Shown here: one piece after another, positions 1 to 10,332 of the stretch | Layout of the letters: every line of letters begins with the position of its first letter | How positions within the stretch are numbered: the first letter of the stretch is position 1 | DNA from: Calditrichia bacterium | GTDB taxonomy: Bacteria; Calditrichota; Calditrichia; JAJRVZ01 | DNA length: 64,000 bases | NCBI GenBank assembly: GCA_963765585.1 | Contig: CAVXXB010000008.1 | Coordinates: forward strand, 405,111 to 469,110 | Direction of reading: 5' to 3' | The notes under the pieces: model-generated | Database searches by the model: none | Told to the model about the DNA's origin: nothing | Seen by the model: only the letters and a program-made list of their open reading frames with translations | Translations under genes and position numbers: made by a program

Positions 1-189
1 CATTAGGTGAAATTTTCATTTTTACATACTCCTTTTTTGATCATTTTTATTAAATCAGGGTTTTTGTATGAAATTTCAGGAATATAGTTCCTGTGCGATT
101 AATAATATGATCAAATCAAAAACAGCGCAGCATTTCACTGCGCTGTTTTATTATATTCTAACTATAACAACCAATTTGTAAAAAAATTA

Positions 190-3045
190 TTAAAGAGACA
201 AACGCAAACCGGCACGTAGCCAGTAACCATAGTATTCTTGCTGCAGTGGCCGATCGGCAATTTCAAAATAGTCAATCTGAGGTTCATCCAGTATATTGAC
301 AAATTCAGCAAAGATATCCAGTTGAGGAATTATTTTATAGCTGGCTGATAAATCCATCTGCATGTGGGCATCACGCCATTCGTCTTCACTTCCATCCGGA
401 TTTGAGCTTACCTCTCTCAGATATTTCCCTTGATAGTTTACAGTAAACCGGCCGGAAAATCCGCCCCACTCGTAGGCCAGAGCTATATTACCAATGTCAC
501 CAGCCTGTCCCGGCAATACTTTTACATCTTCACGAATATCTTTTACCAGATCAGAATTTGCCCAGGTATGGGTATAGTTGGCATATATTCCGAATCCTGC
601 CCAGAAACCAGGCAGAAAATTAAGTTGTTGCTGCCAGTTCACTTCAATACCAAGTATCGTGGCTGCACCGCCATTTACCGGACCTCTGAATTCCCATCCA
701 TCAAATTGAGAAGTAGGATCATCGATATCTTCGCGAAGTTCAAAAATGATGTTATCCATACTCTTATAGAAAACACCACCCGATAGTACACCAACACCAA
801 CAAAATAATGCTCACCCATTAGATCCAAATTCCAAGATTCGGTAACAGCCAGATCCGAATTTCCTTCCCGAATCTCTTCGCCATCAAAGTCTAACGATGA
901 ATATGGTACAAGATCCCAGTAGTTTGGCCGGGCCATAGTTCTGGTCACAGCAAACCTGAGATTGCTCATGCGATCCAATTGATATTTCAGGTGAAGGTTT
1001 GGCATAAATAAGCCATAACTTCTATCACTGGTTGAGTCCTGGTTTGCAACCAGGTCACCATCTGTATTAAAACGAAGTACTGTTCCGGTGTAGTCATTTT
1101 GAGTATGCTCATAGCGTATACCTGCCAAAACAACCCATTCACTCAAATTGACGGTAGTCATCGCATAGCCGGCATAAATTTTTTCTTTAGCCAGATAAGT
1201 TTGTCCAAACGTATCCCAAATCTCTGTACTACCGACAAATCCGTCATCGTTATCACGCCATTGATTAAAGAATTCTTCTACCTTATCGGCATCCGGTGCC
1301 GGGCCATAACGATAATTATTATTCAAAAAATCCATGGTTCCATCATCCCTGCCGGCTTCCATCTGGCTCATAAAAACATCATCGCCTTCCCAATCATAGC
1401 CTTTACGATCATCTTTCCGGTCTTTTTCTTTATTTCGCACTTTACCACCAATCTTAAAATCGGAGGCATAACCGGCGAACGTATAGGGCATTTTATAATT
1501 TAACCCGATTGTCAGGTTCTGATCAGATGCACTTGTGTTTCGATAGTCTACAGCTCGCAATTCATATCCCGCGGCGTCGAATTCACTGAACACATCCGCA
1601 TCCCCTACATTCGTTTGATTCCATTTTGGATATGCCGGATCGCTATAGTCAATTCTGAAATTATAATTATCTTCAATCGAACGCCATTCAGAATCAATCT
1701 GAGGTTGATGTTTTTCATCACTAAAACTATAAGAAACTTTATAATCCAGAACACTATTGCCAAGCATATGCTCACCACCTGCAGAAAATGCTTGCTGAAC
1801 CAGTTCTTCGAGTCTTTGCCCAGATTCCATCTCAATTCTTGCACCTTCGAGAGTCGTACCGCCTGAGTCCAGATAATCACCACGGCCCATACGCACACGC
1901 TTCCGGCCAAAGGTCTGATCATCATCCAGTTTATTCCACATGGCATCAATAAAAAAACGTGTGGTCTGAACAGGACGAAATTCAAAAGTGGCGCCCACGC
2001 CATAACGATCACGGACATTGTAAAAATCTCTTAAATCTACATCATCCAGAGCCCAACCGCCACGTACTACGCCGCCGTCGTCGGCAGTAGGATCATCATA
2101 CCCGGTTTCTTTGTTATGGGCCCCTTTATCCGTGCGATCCCAGTTTGCAGTAAGGGTAAGTCCCATATTATTATTCGTACCAAAACGATTACTATAACTA
2201 AATTTACCCTGGTAAATGGCATTGCCTCTTAAGGCAGTATATCCACCACCAAGCGTGGCACGAAGACGCATTCCGCTATAGTCAAATGCATTTCTGGTGA
2301 TCAAATTTACTGTTCCGCCAATTGCATCCCCATCCATATCAGGAGTGAGTGCTTTGACAACCTCGATGGAAGCCATCTGGTTAGAACCAATAACATCCAA
2401 CTGTGAATAACGTTCTTCTACACGGCTGGTTGCCAGTTCTTCACCATTAACTTTCACATTACTCAGGCGTGGCTCTGTTCCACGAACCAGCACATATCGC
2501 CCTTCACCCTGGCTGCGGTCAATGTATACACCCGGTACACGCTGTACCACGTCTGCTGTAGTGTAATCGGGGAATAATTCCATTTGTTCACGGGAAACTA
2601 CATTTTTAATATTGGGTGAAACCCGTTGCTGGTTCAGAGCCTTCATCTGTCCTTCCAACTGCCCCTCAACCACAATAGTTTCAGTGCTCATAGCTGATAA
2701 ATTAAGACGAATCTCATCCAGAACCACACGGCCTCCGGAACTGGTCACACTGACCGGAGCAGTATAATCTTCATAACCAATATAGGCGATCATCAATTGA
2801 TAATCTCCATCAGGCACATTTGCAATTACAAACACACCTTCTCTGTCAGTGGCCGCTCCCATACTGGTGCCCTGCAGCATCACATTGGCACCAACCAGGT
2901 ATTCGCCTGTACTGGCATCGGCTACCTGACCGGCGATCATGCCCTGGGCATAAAGCATACCGGTAGATGCCATTAAAAGAAAAAACAATACAAAGCATGC
3001 GCTTCGCATCAACAACGGAGATTTGTTAGTCATGCGTACCTCCAA
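190..3045 (-). CDS. TonB-dependent outer-membrane receptor (N-terminal carboxypeptidase-regulatory-like domain, plug, beta-barrel)
   Basis: 951-aa ORF with a signal peptide. The N-terminal CarbopepD_reg-like segment (IAGQVADASTGEYLVGANVML...) is followed by plug and barrel-type Gly/Tyr-rich repeats to the C-terminus. Confidence 0.8.
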   Translation of the reverse strand: MEVRMTNKSPLLMRSACFVLFFLLMASTGMLYAQGMIAGQVADASTGEYLVGANVMLQGTSMGAATDREGVFVIANVPDGDYQLMIAYIGYEDYTAPVSVTSSGGRVVLDEIRLNLSAMSTETIVVEGQLEGQMKALNQQRVSPNIKNVVSREQMELFPDYTTADVVQRVPGVYIDRSQGEGRYVLVRGTEPRLSNVKVNGEELATSRVEERYSQLDVIGSNQMASIEVVKALTPDMDGDAIGGTVNLITRNAFDYSGMRLRATLGGGYTALRGNAIYQGKFSYSNRFGTNNNMGLTLTANWDRTDKGAHNKETGYDDPTADDGGVVRGGWALDDVDLRDFYNVRDRYGVGATFEFRPVQTTRFFIDAMWNKLDDDQTFGRKRVRMGRGDYLDSGGTTLEGARIEMESGQRLEELVQQAFSAGGEHMLGNSVLDYKVSYSFSDEKHQPQIDSEWRSIEDNYNFRIDYSDPAYPKWNQTNVGDADVFSEFDAAGYELRAVDYRNTSASDQNLTIGLNYKMPYTFAGYASDFKIGGKVRNKEKDRKDDRKGYDWEGDDVFMSQMEAGRDDGTMDFLNNNYRYGPAPDADKVEEFFNQWRDNDDGFVGSTEIWDTFGQTYLAKEKIYAGYAMTTVNLSEWVVLAGIRYEHTQNDYTGTVLRFNTDGDLVANQDSTSDRSYGLFMPNLHLKYQLDRMSNLRFAVTRTMARPNYWDLVPYSSLDFDGEEIREGNSDLAVTESWNLDLMGEHYFVGVGVLSGGVFYKSMDNIIFELREDIDDPTSQFDGWEFRGPVNGGAATILGIEVNWQQQLNFLPGFWAGFGIYANYTHTWANSDLVKDIREDVKVLPGQAGDIGNIALAYEWGGFSGRFTVNYQGKYLREVSSNPDGSEDEWRDAHMQMDLSASYKIIPQLDIFAEFVNILDEPQIDYFEIADRPLQQEYYGYWLRAGLRLSL

Positions 3046-3275
3046 ATTAAAGGGTTAGTAAAAATTTGCAAGTTAAGGACAATTTTGTCTGAATAACTTT
3101 CCTGGACATCACCTCCTTTTTCAACTGTTAAATGTCTGTTCATATTTGATTGATATTTAAATTGCACATTCTTTCATATATCATGGGTTCACTGGATTTA
3201 TATTAAATCAGTGATGATTAAGTTAAAGTTTGAATTCTCAAAACTCTTCCCGTATATGCAGTAATATATGGCCCC

Positions 3276-3333
3276 AAGCTTGATAAGCACAAAATATAGA
3301 GCATTGCTCTGTTATTGTCAAGCCTTTTTTTTC
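3276..3333 (+). terminator. Hairpin (gcttgataagc...ttattgtcaagc) followed by a T8 run, intrinsic-terminator-like in plus orientation
   Basis: Imperfect ~9-bp stem at 3276..3323, then tttttttt at 3325..3332, directly abutting the stop codon of the minus-strand SDR gene. Confidence 0.4.
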
Positions 3334-4098
3334 TCAAACACAGGCACTAAGCCCGCCATCGACAAAAAATGTCTGGCCGTTTACATAAGATGATGCCTGT
3401 GAAGCCAGGAAAATGGCTGCGCCAATCAGTTCCTCGGGATTCCCCCAGCGATCTGCCGGAACCCGTGAACATAACCAGGCATCAAATTCTTTATTTTCAT
3501 ACAGGGATTTTGTCATTTCTGTTTTAAAGTAACCGGGCGCAATGGCATTGATCTGGATATTGTGTTTCCCCCAATCGGTTGCCATTCCTTTTGTAAGTAA
3601 TTTAAGGCCACCCTTCGCCGCAGTATATGGTGCTATCGTGGGTCGGGCCAGTTCACTTTGTATGGAACAAATATTGATAATTTTGCCTGATTTTCGCTGT
3701 ATCATATCAGGAACAACGGTTTTGGCCGTTAGAAAGGCTCCTGTAAGATTGATATCTAAAATTCTCTGCCAATCTTCCAGTTTAAATTCTTCTAACGGTC
3801 CACGAATCTGAATACCAGCGTTATTAACAAGGATATCTATAGATCCGATATCGTTTTTGAGCTTCTCAATAGCTTTTAGAATACCTTTCTCATCCCGCAC
3901 ATCAAAAACAGAACCAAATGCTGAAATTCCTTCATCATTCAGGGTTTTAACGCTTTCGGATAATTGATTCTCATCAATATCGCTAAGGATCACCCGGCAT
4001 CCTGCCTGACCCAGGCCACGGGCGAGGGTTAATCCGATTCCCCGGCCGGAACCGGTGATTAAGGCGGTTTTGTCTTTTATGTTGAATAAGCTATTCAT
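3334..4098 (-). CDS. idnO: Short-chain dehydrogenase/reductase, gluconate 5-dehydrogenase (IdnO/Gno)-like
   Basis: 254 aa with the TGSGRGIG Rossmann motif. The blocks NICSIQSE...YTAAKGG...NAIAPGYFKTEMTK...WLCSRVPADRWGNPEELIGAAIFLAS match my recollection of E. coli IdnO, not KduD (which has APGYMATNNT). Confidence 0.8.
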   Translation of the reverse strand: MNSLFNIKDKTALITGSGRGIGLTLARGLGQAGCRVILSDIDENQLSESVKTLNDEGISAFGSVFDVRDEKGILKAIEKLKNDIGSIDILVNNAGIQIRGPLEEFKLEDWQRILDINLTGAFLTAKTVVPDMIQRKSGKIINICSIQSELARPTIAPYTAAKGGLKLLTKGMATDWGKHNIQINAIAPGYFKTEMTKSLYENKEFDAWLCSRVPADRWGNPEELIGAAIFLASQASSYVNGQTFFVDGGLSACV

Positions 4099-4156
4099 TG
4101 ATTTATTTCCTTTTGCGGGCTAAAGCCCGGTATTGTGGTGATTCATCAATCCCCCG

Positions 4157-5090
4157 GGATAAATCCCGGGGCTATTGATCATATTTATGAATCTATGCAA
4201 ATGTCATCCCGAATTTATTTCGGGAATATTCTGCTGGCTATCGGCTGTCTGCTCTCGGCCAACAGCCAACGGCAAACGATTTAGGATAAATCCCGGGGCC
4301 ATTGATCATATTTATCAATCTATGCAAATGTCATCCCGATTTTATTTCGGGAATATTCTGCTGGCTATCGGCTGTCTGCTCTCGGCCAACAGCCAACGGC
4401 AAACTGATTTAGGATAAATCCCGGGGCCATTGATCATTTTTATCAATCTATGCAAATGTCATCCCGAATTTATTTCGGGATCTATGTATCGGCTATCGGC
4501 CACCGGCAAACGATTAGGATAAATCCCGGGCTATGATCATATTTATCAATCTATGCAAATGTCATCCCGGAATATTCTGCTGGCTATCGGCTGTCTGCTC
4601 TCGGCCAACAGCCAACGGCAAACTGATTTAGGATAAATCCCGGGGCCATTGATCATATTTATCAATCTATGCAAATTTCATCCCGATTTTATTTCGGGAA
4701 TATTCTGCTGGCTATCGGCTGTCTGCTCTCGGCCAACAGCCAACGGCAAACTGATTTAGGATAAATCCCGGGGCCAGTGATCATATTTATCAATCTATGC
4801 AAATTTCATCCCGATTTTATTTCGGGAATATTCTGCTGGCTATCGGCTGTCTGCTCTCGGCCAACAGCCAACGGCAAACTGATTAAGGATAAATCCCGGG
4901 GCCATTGATCATATTTATCAATCTATGCAAATTTCATCCCGATTTTATTTCGGGAATATTCTGCTGGCTATCGGCTGTCTGCTCTCGGCCAACAGCCAAC
5001 GGCAAACTGATTTAGGATAAATCCCGGGGCCATTGATCATATTTATCAATCTATGTATCGGCTATCCGCTGTCGGCCATCGGCCAACGGA
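4157..5090. repeat. Tandem array of a ~127-128-bp unit, 6 near-identical copies plus 2 truncated/degenerate copies
   Basis: Unit starts (ggataaatcccgggg) fall at 4157, 4285, 4412, 4517, 4631, 4759, 4887 and 5015. The copy at 4412 is truncated and the copy at 4517 has a 12-bp deletion. Each unit carries the hairpin tcatcccgattttatttcgggaat. The last degenerate copy runs into the stop codon of the transporter gene at 5091. Confidence 0.95.
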
Positions 5091-6413
5091 TCAGCTCATC
5101 ATCTTTGTGACCATATCAATCACGGACAATGCCGATTCCCAGGCACCCCAGATGGCCAGGGCAAACAGAAAACCCATGATCAGGTTTTCCCATAATTTAT
5201 TTTTATATTCTGTTCCGATATAGCGACTGTTGGCTGTGATCCACCAAAGGCCACCTGCCAATGCAGGAATCAGCACAGCCATTAGTGTATTTGCAAGTAG
5301 TGTTAGTGTTACAAAATCTGCTTTTCCTGTCAGGATCCAGACGAATGGTGAAACCATTATCCATAGGGCGGTAATTTTGTATATTGGATACTTACGATAA
5401 TCCGGCGTTTTTGTTGTGCTTTTTGGATTTCTCCAGCGAAAAAATGCATGACTGGCCAGATATCCCAATCCCAAACCATTTCCAAGTAAAGAAGTAAATA
5501 CCGCACCGAACATGCCTAACAGAAATAATTTACGGCCACCCTCACCCAGGACCAGACCGAGCAACGCAGTTAAATCCTCTAAATTGCCAATATTTTTTCC
5601 AGATTCTCTGACCAGTTCGGCACCAAGTGTCCATACTGCCAGATTAAATATAATCAATGCCACGATGGCCAGAATAAAATCATAGGTCTGCAGTTTCCGG
5701 TATTTTGGTCCTTTCCACCCCTTCTGCTCTAAAAAATAAGGATATACCAGGTTTAACAGAGATCCACCGACCGCGCCGATCATGGCCATAGCCACAGCCA
5801 TTGCACCAAACGGACCCTGTTGTTCAGGAATATCAAATGCAATCGTTCCTTTTATAATACCTGTAATATTTGGCCCCACCCAGAGAGCCGATCCAACCAG
5901 CGAAATAGTCATCAGTACAATAAATATCTTAAATACCCATTCAGCACGATCGTAAAGAGGTCTGAAAACAACAAGCAATCCAATTATCACCCATACTATC
6001 CCCCACATCCAATCTGGACCAACTCCGGTTAATTTGGACATGGTCTCACCAATGCCGGCAATCATATAGGTTCCGTTTATATGACCAATAATGGCAATTA
6101 CAATCAATAGAAATGGCGCGTAGAATGGGTGCAGGCGAACAAGGCCATCCAAAAGGCCTTCATTGTGTATATTGCACATCTGATATTTGGCAATTGTGCT
6201 GACAAAAAAGAAGCGCATCAATAATGCCACTACCATTGCCCACATCAGTGCATAACCATAATTTGCACCGGAAACACCCGCGGACACAATATCACCGGAT
6301 CCGAGCCATGTTAACACAATGACAAATCCGGGACCGAATGAACGTACATATTCCCAAAAAGATGTTGGAATTTTTGGTGCGGCTTTATTTTCGATATTAT
6401 TATTTTCTGACAT
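5091..6413 (-). CDS. Nramp-family-related polytopic membrane transporter (divergent; canonical DPGN and MPH motifs absent)
   Basis: 440 aa with ~11 TM segments. GPGFVIVLTWLGSGDIVSAGVSGANYGY aligns to the MntH TM1 region GPG..DPGN..GY, with DPGN replaced by GSGD. Confidence 0.55.
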   Translation of the reverse strand: MSENNNIENKAAPKIPTSFWEYVRSFGPGFVIVLTWLGSGDIVSAGVSGANYGYALMWAMVVALLMRFFFVSTIAKYQMCNIHNEGLLDGLVRLHPFYAPFLLIVIAIIGHINGTYMIAGIGETMSKLTGVGPDWMWGIVWVIIGLLVVFRPLYDRAEWVFKIFIVLMTISLVGSALWVGPNITGIIKGTIAFDIPEQQGPFGAMAVAMAMIGAVGGSLLNLVYPYFLEQKGWKGPKYRKLQTYDFILAIVALIIFNLAVWTLGAELVRESGKNIGNLEDLTALLGLVLGEGGRKLFLLGMFGAVFTSLLGNGLGLGYLASHAFFRWRNPKSTTKTPDYRKYPIYKITALWIMVSPFVWILTGKADFVTLTLLANTLMAVLIPALAGGLWWITANSRYIGTEYKNKLWENLIMGFLFALAIWGAWESALSVIDMVTKMMS

Positions 6414-6567
6414 TTGTTTTCCTGACTGATACTTTTTTGACCAATAAGAAAAGTTAGAAGTTAGAGTTTATCATTGGCCACTCGCCTCTCGGCTCTCGCC
6501 CCAAGACATACAAAATGGAGCTGTATTCGAAACCAGTGCCGAGTACCAAGTTCCTAATTCCTAACTC

Positions 6568-7380
6568 CTAACTGCTATTAATAAGCCCATACCCCAGACT
6601 CTTCGAAATGCTGTCTGCGTGTTTTTTTACCTGTTTACCGATTTTTTCAAATTCTGATTCGGGTATTCTGATCGACGGCCCGGTAATCCATATGGCGGCA
6701 ATCGGCTTGCCGTGCCGGTTGAACACGGGCGCAGAGATGCAATGCATTCCTTCAATTTCTTCCGCATGATCAATAGAATAGCCATCTTTACGAACTTTCG
6801 TAAGCACCCTGCGATATTTTTCTAAACTTAAAATTGTACGTGAACTGTATTTTTTAAACACAATCTTTTTGAATATTTTTTCCTGTGCTTCCTTAGGTAA
6901 AAAGGCAATCATTGCTTTTCCTGGTGCAGCGGTATGTAACTGAAATTTGCGTCCCGGTTCCAGTACAAAGCGAAACGAATGAATCCCTGGTACTTCCTCG
7001 ATCACCATTCCTTCATGACCATGTAACACACCAAGAGGAACCGTTTCGCCAAACATGTCCCTCAGGCGGCGCATATGGTCCAATGCTTTTTCAACCAGCG
7101 ATTCTTCGGTTAGTGCATTATATCCCAACACAAGCAATTTTTGCGACAATTGGAAGGCCTTGGTATCCTCATCCCGGTTCAAATAGCCGCGATCGAATAG
7201 CGTTGCCGTGATTCTAAAAATACTATTACGCGGGATGTTAGACTGAGTTGAAATTTCGCTGGAATTGAGACCTTGAGAATTATTGGCGAGGAGCTCAATA
7301 ATTTCCAGGGCCCGTTCAAGATTGGGAACATGATATTTGGAAGGGGTACCTTTGATATTCATTACTGTCTTAATCCCCAA
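6568..7380 (-). CDS. IclR-family transcriptional regulator (KdgR-like)
   Basis: 270 aa. The N-terminal wHTH (LERALEIIELLANNSQGLNSSEISTQSNIPRNSIFRITATL) is followed by an IclR effector domain. KdgR of pectin/hexuronate regulons belongs to this family. Confidence 0.8.
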   Translation of the reverse strand: MGIKTVMNIKGTPSKYHVPNLERALEIIELLANNSQGLNSSEISTQSNIPRNSIFRITATLFDRGYLNRDEDTKAFQLSQKLLVLGYNALTEESLVEKALDHMRRLRDMFGETVPLGVLHGHEGMVIEEVPGIHSFRFVLEPGRKFQLHTAAPGKAMIAFLPKEAQEKIFKKIVFKKYSSRTILSLEKYRRVLTKVRKDGYSIDHAEEIEGMHCISAPVFNRHGKPIAAIWITGPSIRIPESEFEKIGKQVKKHADSISKSLGYGLINSS

Positions 7381-7480
7381 GCAATGGTTTAATATTTAGA
7401 CAGAATGTCTAAAAATAAAATAAATCAAACCATAAGTCAACAAAAATAACTATATTTGGACGAATATTTACCTGATAATT

Positions 7481-8194
7481 TTAAGTCTCATTTTGGACCG
7501 GATTACGCAAAACGCCAATCTTTTCTATCTCCACCTCAACCTCATCACCGTCCTGAACAGCACCCACACCGGCAGGCGTACCGGTAAGAACAATGTCGCC
7601 TTCTTCCAGCGTAATCCAGCGTGTTATAAATTCGAGCATTTCCGGAATTGAAAAAATCATATGCTTTGTATTGCTTCGCTGAACAGTTTTGCCATTCAGT
7701 CTGCAGGTAATATCTAAATTTTGCGGGTCACCGATGTCTTCGGGATACACCAGCTGAGGCCCGAGCGGGCCAAATGTGTCCAAAGATTTCCCCCTGAACC
7801 AACCGGATTTATCCTGGGACTGAAAATTTCTTTGAGATACGTCATTCACACATGTATAGCCCAGAATATAATCGAGCGCATGAGATTGCATTATGCGACT
7901 GGCAGTTTTTTTAATTATAAATGCCAGTTCTGCCTCATAATCTACCCGCACCGGATCAAAATCATATTCAAACATCGCCTTAGGAAGTATAATGGGGCTG
8001 CCATTACTGATTAATACATTTGGTGTTTTTGCAAACAGGATAGGCTCACTAGGTTCATCTGCATTTATGCTTTTTACCTTTAAGGAATCCGCTTCTGCAA
8101 TGTGGTCACGGTAGTTCATTCCCAGCGCAATAATCTTTTGTGGTTGTACAGGATAAACTTTATCACTGCCAAATATTGGTAAATTGATTTGCAT
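7481..8194 (-). CDS. Fumarylacetoacetate hydrolase (FAH) family protein (2-keto-4-pentenoate hydratase / YcgM-like)
   Basis: 237 aa. The motifs KIIALGMNYRDHIAEA, YEAELAFII and DIVLTGTPAGVG are typical of FAH-family decarboxylase/hydratases. Confidence 0.8.
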   Translation of the reverse strand: MQINLPIFGSDKVYPVQPQKIIALGMNYRDHIAEADSLKVKSINADEPSEPILFAKTPNVLISNGSPIILPKAMFEYDFDPVRVDYEAELAFIIKKTASRIMQSHALDYILGYTCVNDVSQRNFQSQDKSGWFRGKSLDTFGPLGPQLVYPEDIGDPQNLDITCRLNGKTVQRSNTKHMIFSIPEMLEFITRWITLEEGDIVLTGTPAGVGAVQDGDEVEVEIEKIGVLRNPVQNET

Positions 8195-8195
8195 A

Positions 8196-10232
8196 TCAAC
8201 TCCCCGATCGAGATTTTACTCTTTGATATACTTTTTCGGCGGTAAACCCGAAATAATCTTCTATCACAGGCTCCGGTGCTGAGGCGCCATAGCTATCCTG
8301 TGAAATAATTAAGCCATCATTGCCGGTAAATTTCTGCCATCCATGCCCAACCCCGGCTTCGACACTAATTCTTAAACCAGCCCGCCGGCCCAGAATTGAT
8401 TTTTTATAATTTTCATCCTGAAGATCAAATAATTCCCAGCTTATTACTGATGCCACGCAAACCGAATGCCCCTCTTTTTCAAGCATCCTGGCCGCACCGG
8501 CAGCAGCATGCACTTCGGAACCAGTAGCAAAGAATAAATAATCGACCGGACCATCTTCCTGACCATATAACACATACGCACCGCGGCGTACACCGGATAA
8601 TGCCTTTTTAAATGTAAACTCACTCATTGTGGATTTAACCGGCTGCCTGGTAAATGTGATGGCAATCGGCGATCCCTGTACTTCAAATGCGGTAATCCAG
8701 GCTGCCTTTGCTTCATTTTCATCACAGGGACGTAATACCACCAGATTGGGAATCATACGTAGTGACATAAGTTGTTCGACGGGTTGATGGGTGGGTCCAT
8801 CGGCCGCAATCAGAATTGAATCATGAGAAAACAGATAAATGACACGCTGCTTCATCATGGCAGCCATACGCAGGGCATTACGCATATAATCTGAAAAAGT
8901 AAGAAACGTAGCCACTGCCGGTTGGATCATTCCGTGTAACTGCATTCCATAGGCGCATGTGGCCATGGCGAATTCACGCACACCGAATTTTATCTGTTGA
9001 TGCCGCCAGTCACCTTTTTCAACAATGCCGGTTTTCAGTGAGGTATTATCACTACTGGCCACGTCAGCCGAACCGGTTACAAAATAGGGTAGAATTTCAC
9101 TCAGTTTATTTACAATGGGTGCATTATAAAAGCGTGTGGCCTGATCCGGTTTTATATCCAATTGCCAAATCTGTTGCTCAAAATCCTCAGGCAAGCCACG
9201 CTCAACGGCGCTATTCCATTTTTTTAGGATTCCCGGATTTGCGGCAATGTTTTGCTCCCAGCGCGCCTTCCATTGTGCCTCATAGCCACTTAACTTGGGT
9301 TTAAGGTTCTTTAAATAATCTTTGACTTCATCTGGCACATAAAAAGTTGGCTCTTGCGGCCAGCCGATGGCTTTTTTAAATCCCGCCATTTCCTCGGGTC
9401 CGAGAAAATTTCCATGACTGACACTTTTTCCTTCGCGGGTAGGAGAGAATTTCCCAATGACGGTTCTGGCAATAATCAAAACAGGTTTATCTTTTTCATT
9501 TTTTGCCAGATCAAAGGCCTTTTCCATTTGCTGATAATCATAGCCATCGATAACTATGGTCTTGAAACCGTAAGATTCATATCTTGCCTGCGTATTTTCC
9601 AGCAAACAATGCTCCGTTGGACCATCCAGACAGATATCGTTTGAATCATAAACAATCACCAGGTTATTGAGCCCCAGTGTTCCGGCAAGACTACCGGCCT
9701 CCGAGGTAATGCCTTCCATGATACAGCCATCGCCTGCCAGAACATAAATTTTTGCATCAAACAACTCATCACCAAATTGGGCGGCAAGTCGTTTTTGTGC
9801 CATAGCCATACCCGTTGCAGCCGCAATACCCTGCCCCAATGGTCCGGTTGTGGTTTCCACACCGGGTGCTTCGCCATGTTCCGGATGTCCCGGCGTCCGT
9901 GAATGTAATTGTCTGAATTTTTTTAGATCGTCAAGCGTCAAACCATAATCGAAGAGATGTAACAAGGAATAAAGAAGCATGGATCCATGCCCGGCGGATA
10001 GAACAAAACGATCGCGCCCGATCCAATCGGGATTCCCGGGATTGTGACGCATTACCCTGGCATATAAATACACCGCGATATCAGCTGCGCCAAGCGGTAA
10101 CCCCGGGTGTCCTGACTTTTGCAATTCGATTGCATCTGCTGACAGCGCACGAACTGTATTGGCCGTTTGTTGCAAAATCGCAATATCAGCACTGTTCATA
10201 ACATTTCCTTCCAAAGAAACATTTTTGTTCAA
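8196..10232 (-). CDS. tkt: Transketolase
   Basis: 678 aa with the TPP-binding N-terminus (GHPGLPLGAADIAVYLY...RDRFVLSAGHGSMLLYSLLHL), a Pyr domain and a C-terminal domain. The start codon is 2 bp from the stop of the FAH gene. Confidence 0.9.
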   Translation of the reverse strand: MNKNVSLEGNVMNSADIAILQQTANTVRALSADAIELQKSGHPGLPLGAADIAVYLYARVMRHNPGNPDWIGRDRFVLSAGHGSMLLYSLLHLFDYGLTLDDLKKFRQLHSRTPGHPEHGEAPGVETTTGPLGQGIAAATGMAMAQKRLAAQFGDELFDAKIYVLAGDGCIMEGITSEAGSLAGTLGLNNLVIVYDSNDICLDGPTEHCLLENTQARYESYGFKTIVIDGYDYQQMEKAFDLAKNEKDKPVLIIARTVIGKFSPTREGKSVSHGNFLGPEEMAGFKKAIGWPQEPTFYVPDEVKDYLKNLKPKLSGYEAQWKARWEQNIAANPGILKKWNSAVERGLPEDFEQQIWQLDIKPDQATRFYNAPIVNKLSEILPYFVTGSADVASSDNTSLKTGIVEKGDWRHQQIKFGVREFAMATCAYGMQLHGMIQPAVATFLTFSDYMRNALRMAAMMKQRVIYLFSHDSILIAADGPTHQPVEQLMSLRMIPNLVVLRPCDENEAKAAWITAFEVQGSPIAITFTRQPVKSTMSEFTFKKALSGVRRGAYVLYGQEDGPVDYLFFATGSEVHAAAGAARMLEKEGHSVCVASVISWELFDLQDENYKKSILGRRAGLRISVEAGVGHGWQKFTGNDGLIISQDSYGASAPEPVIEDYFGFTAEKVYQRVKSRSGS

Positions 10233-10332
10233 ATATTTTATAAATAACTGCGAAATATTATTTATATATAGACAGCCTGTCTAAATATATGACATGTTTC
10301 CTAATAGTGCAAGGATTATATATCGATGTTAT

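Noticed and set aside
430-2018. Several 80-140-aa +strand ORFs (430..786, 1099..1503, 1615..1866) and many similar small ORFs inside the large minus-strand genes throughout the window
   Set aside because: They are fully embedded in strongly conserved longer genes on the opposite strand and have no motif content. They were treated as frame-shadow ORFs.
4175-4417. 80-aa +strand ORF
   Set aside because: It lies wholly inside the tandem repeat and its peptide sequence is internally repetitive. It is an artefact of the repeat.
4157-5090. Possible CRISPR array
   Set aside because: Units are contiguous ~128-bp direct repeats with no unique spacer sequences between them, and no cas genes are present in the window.
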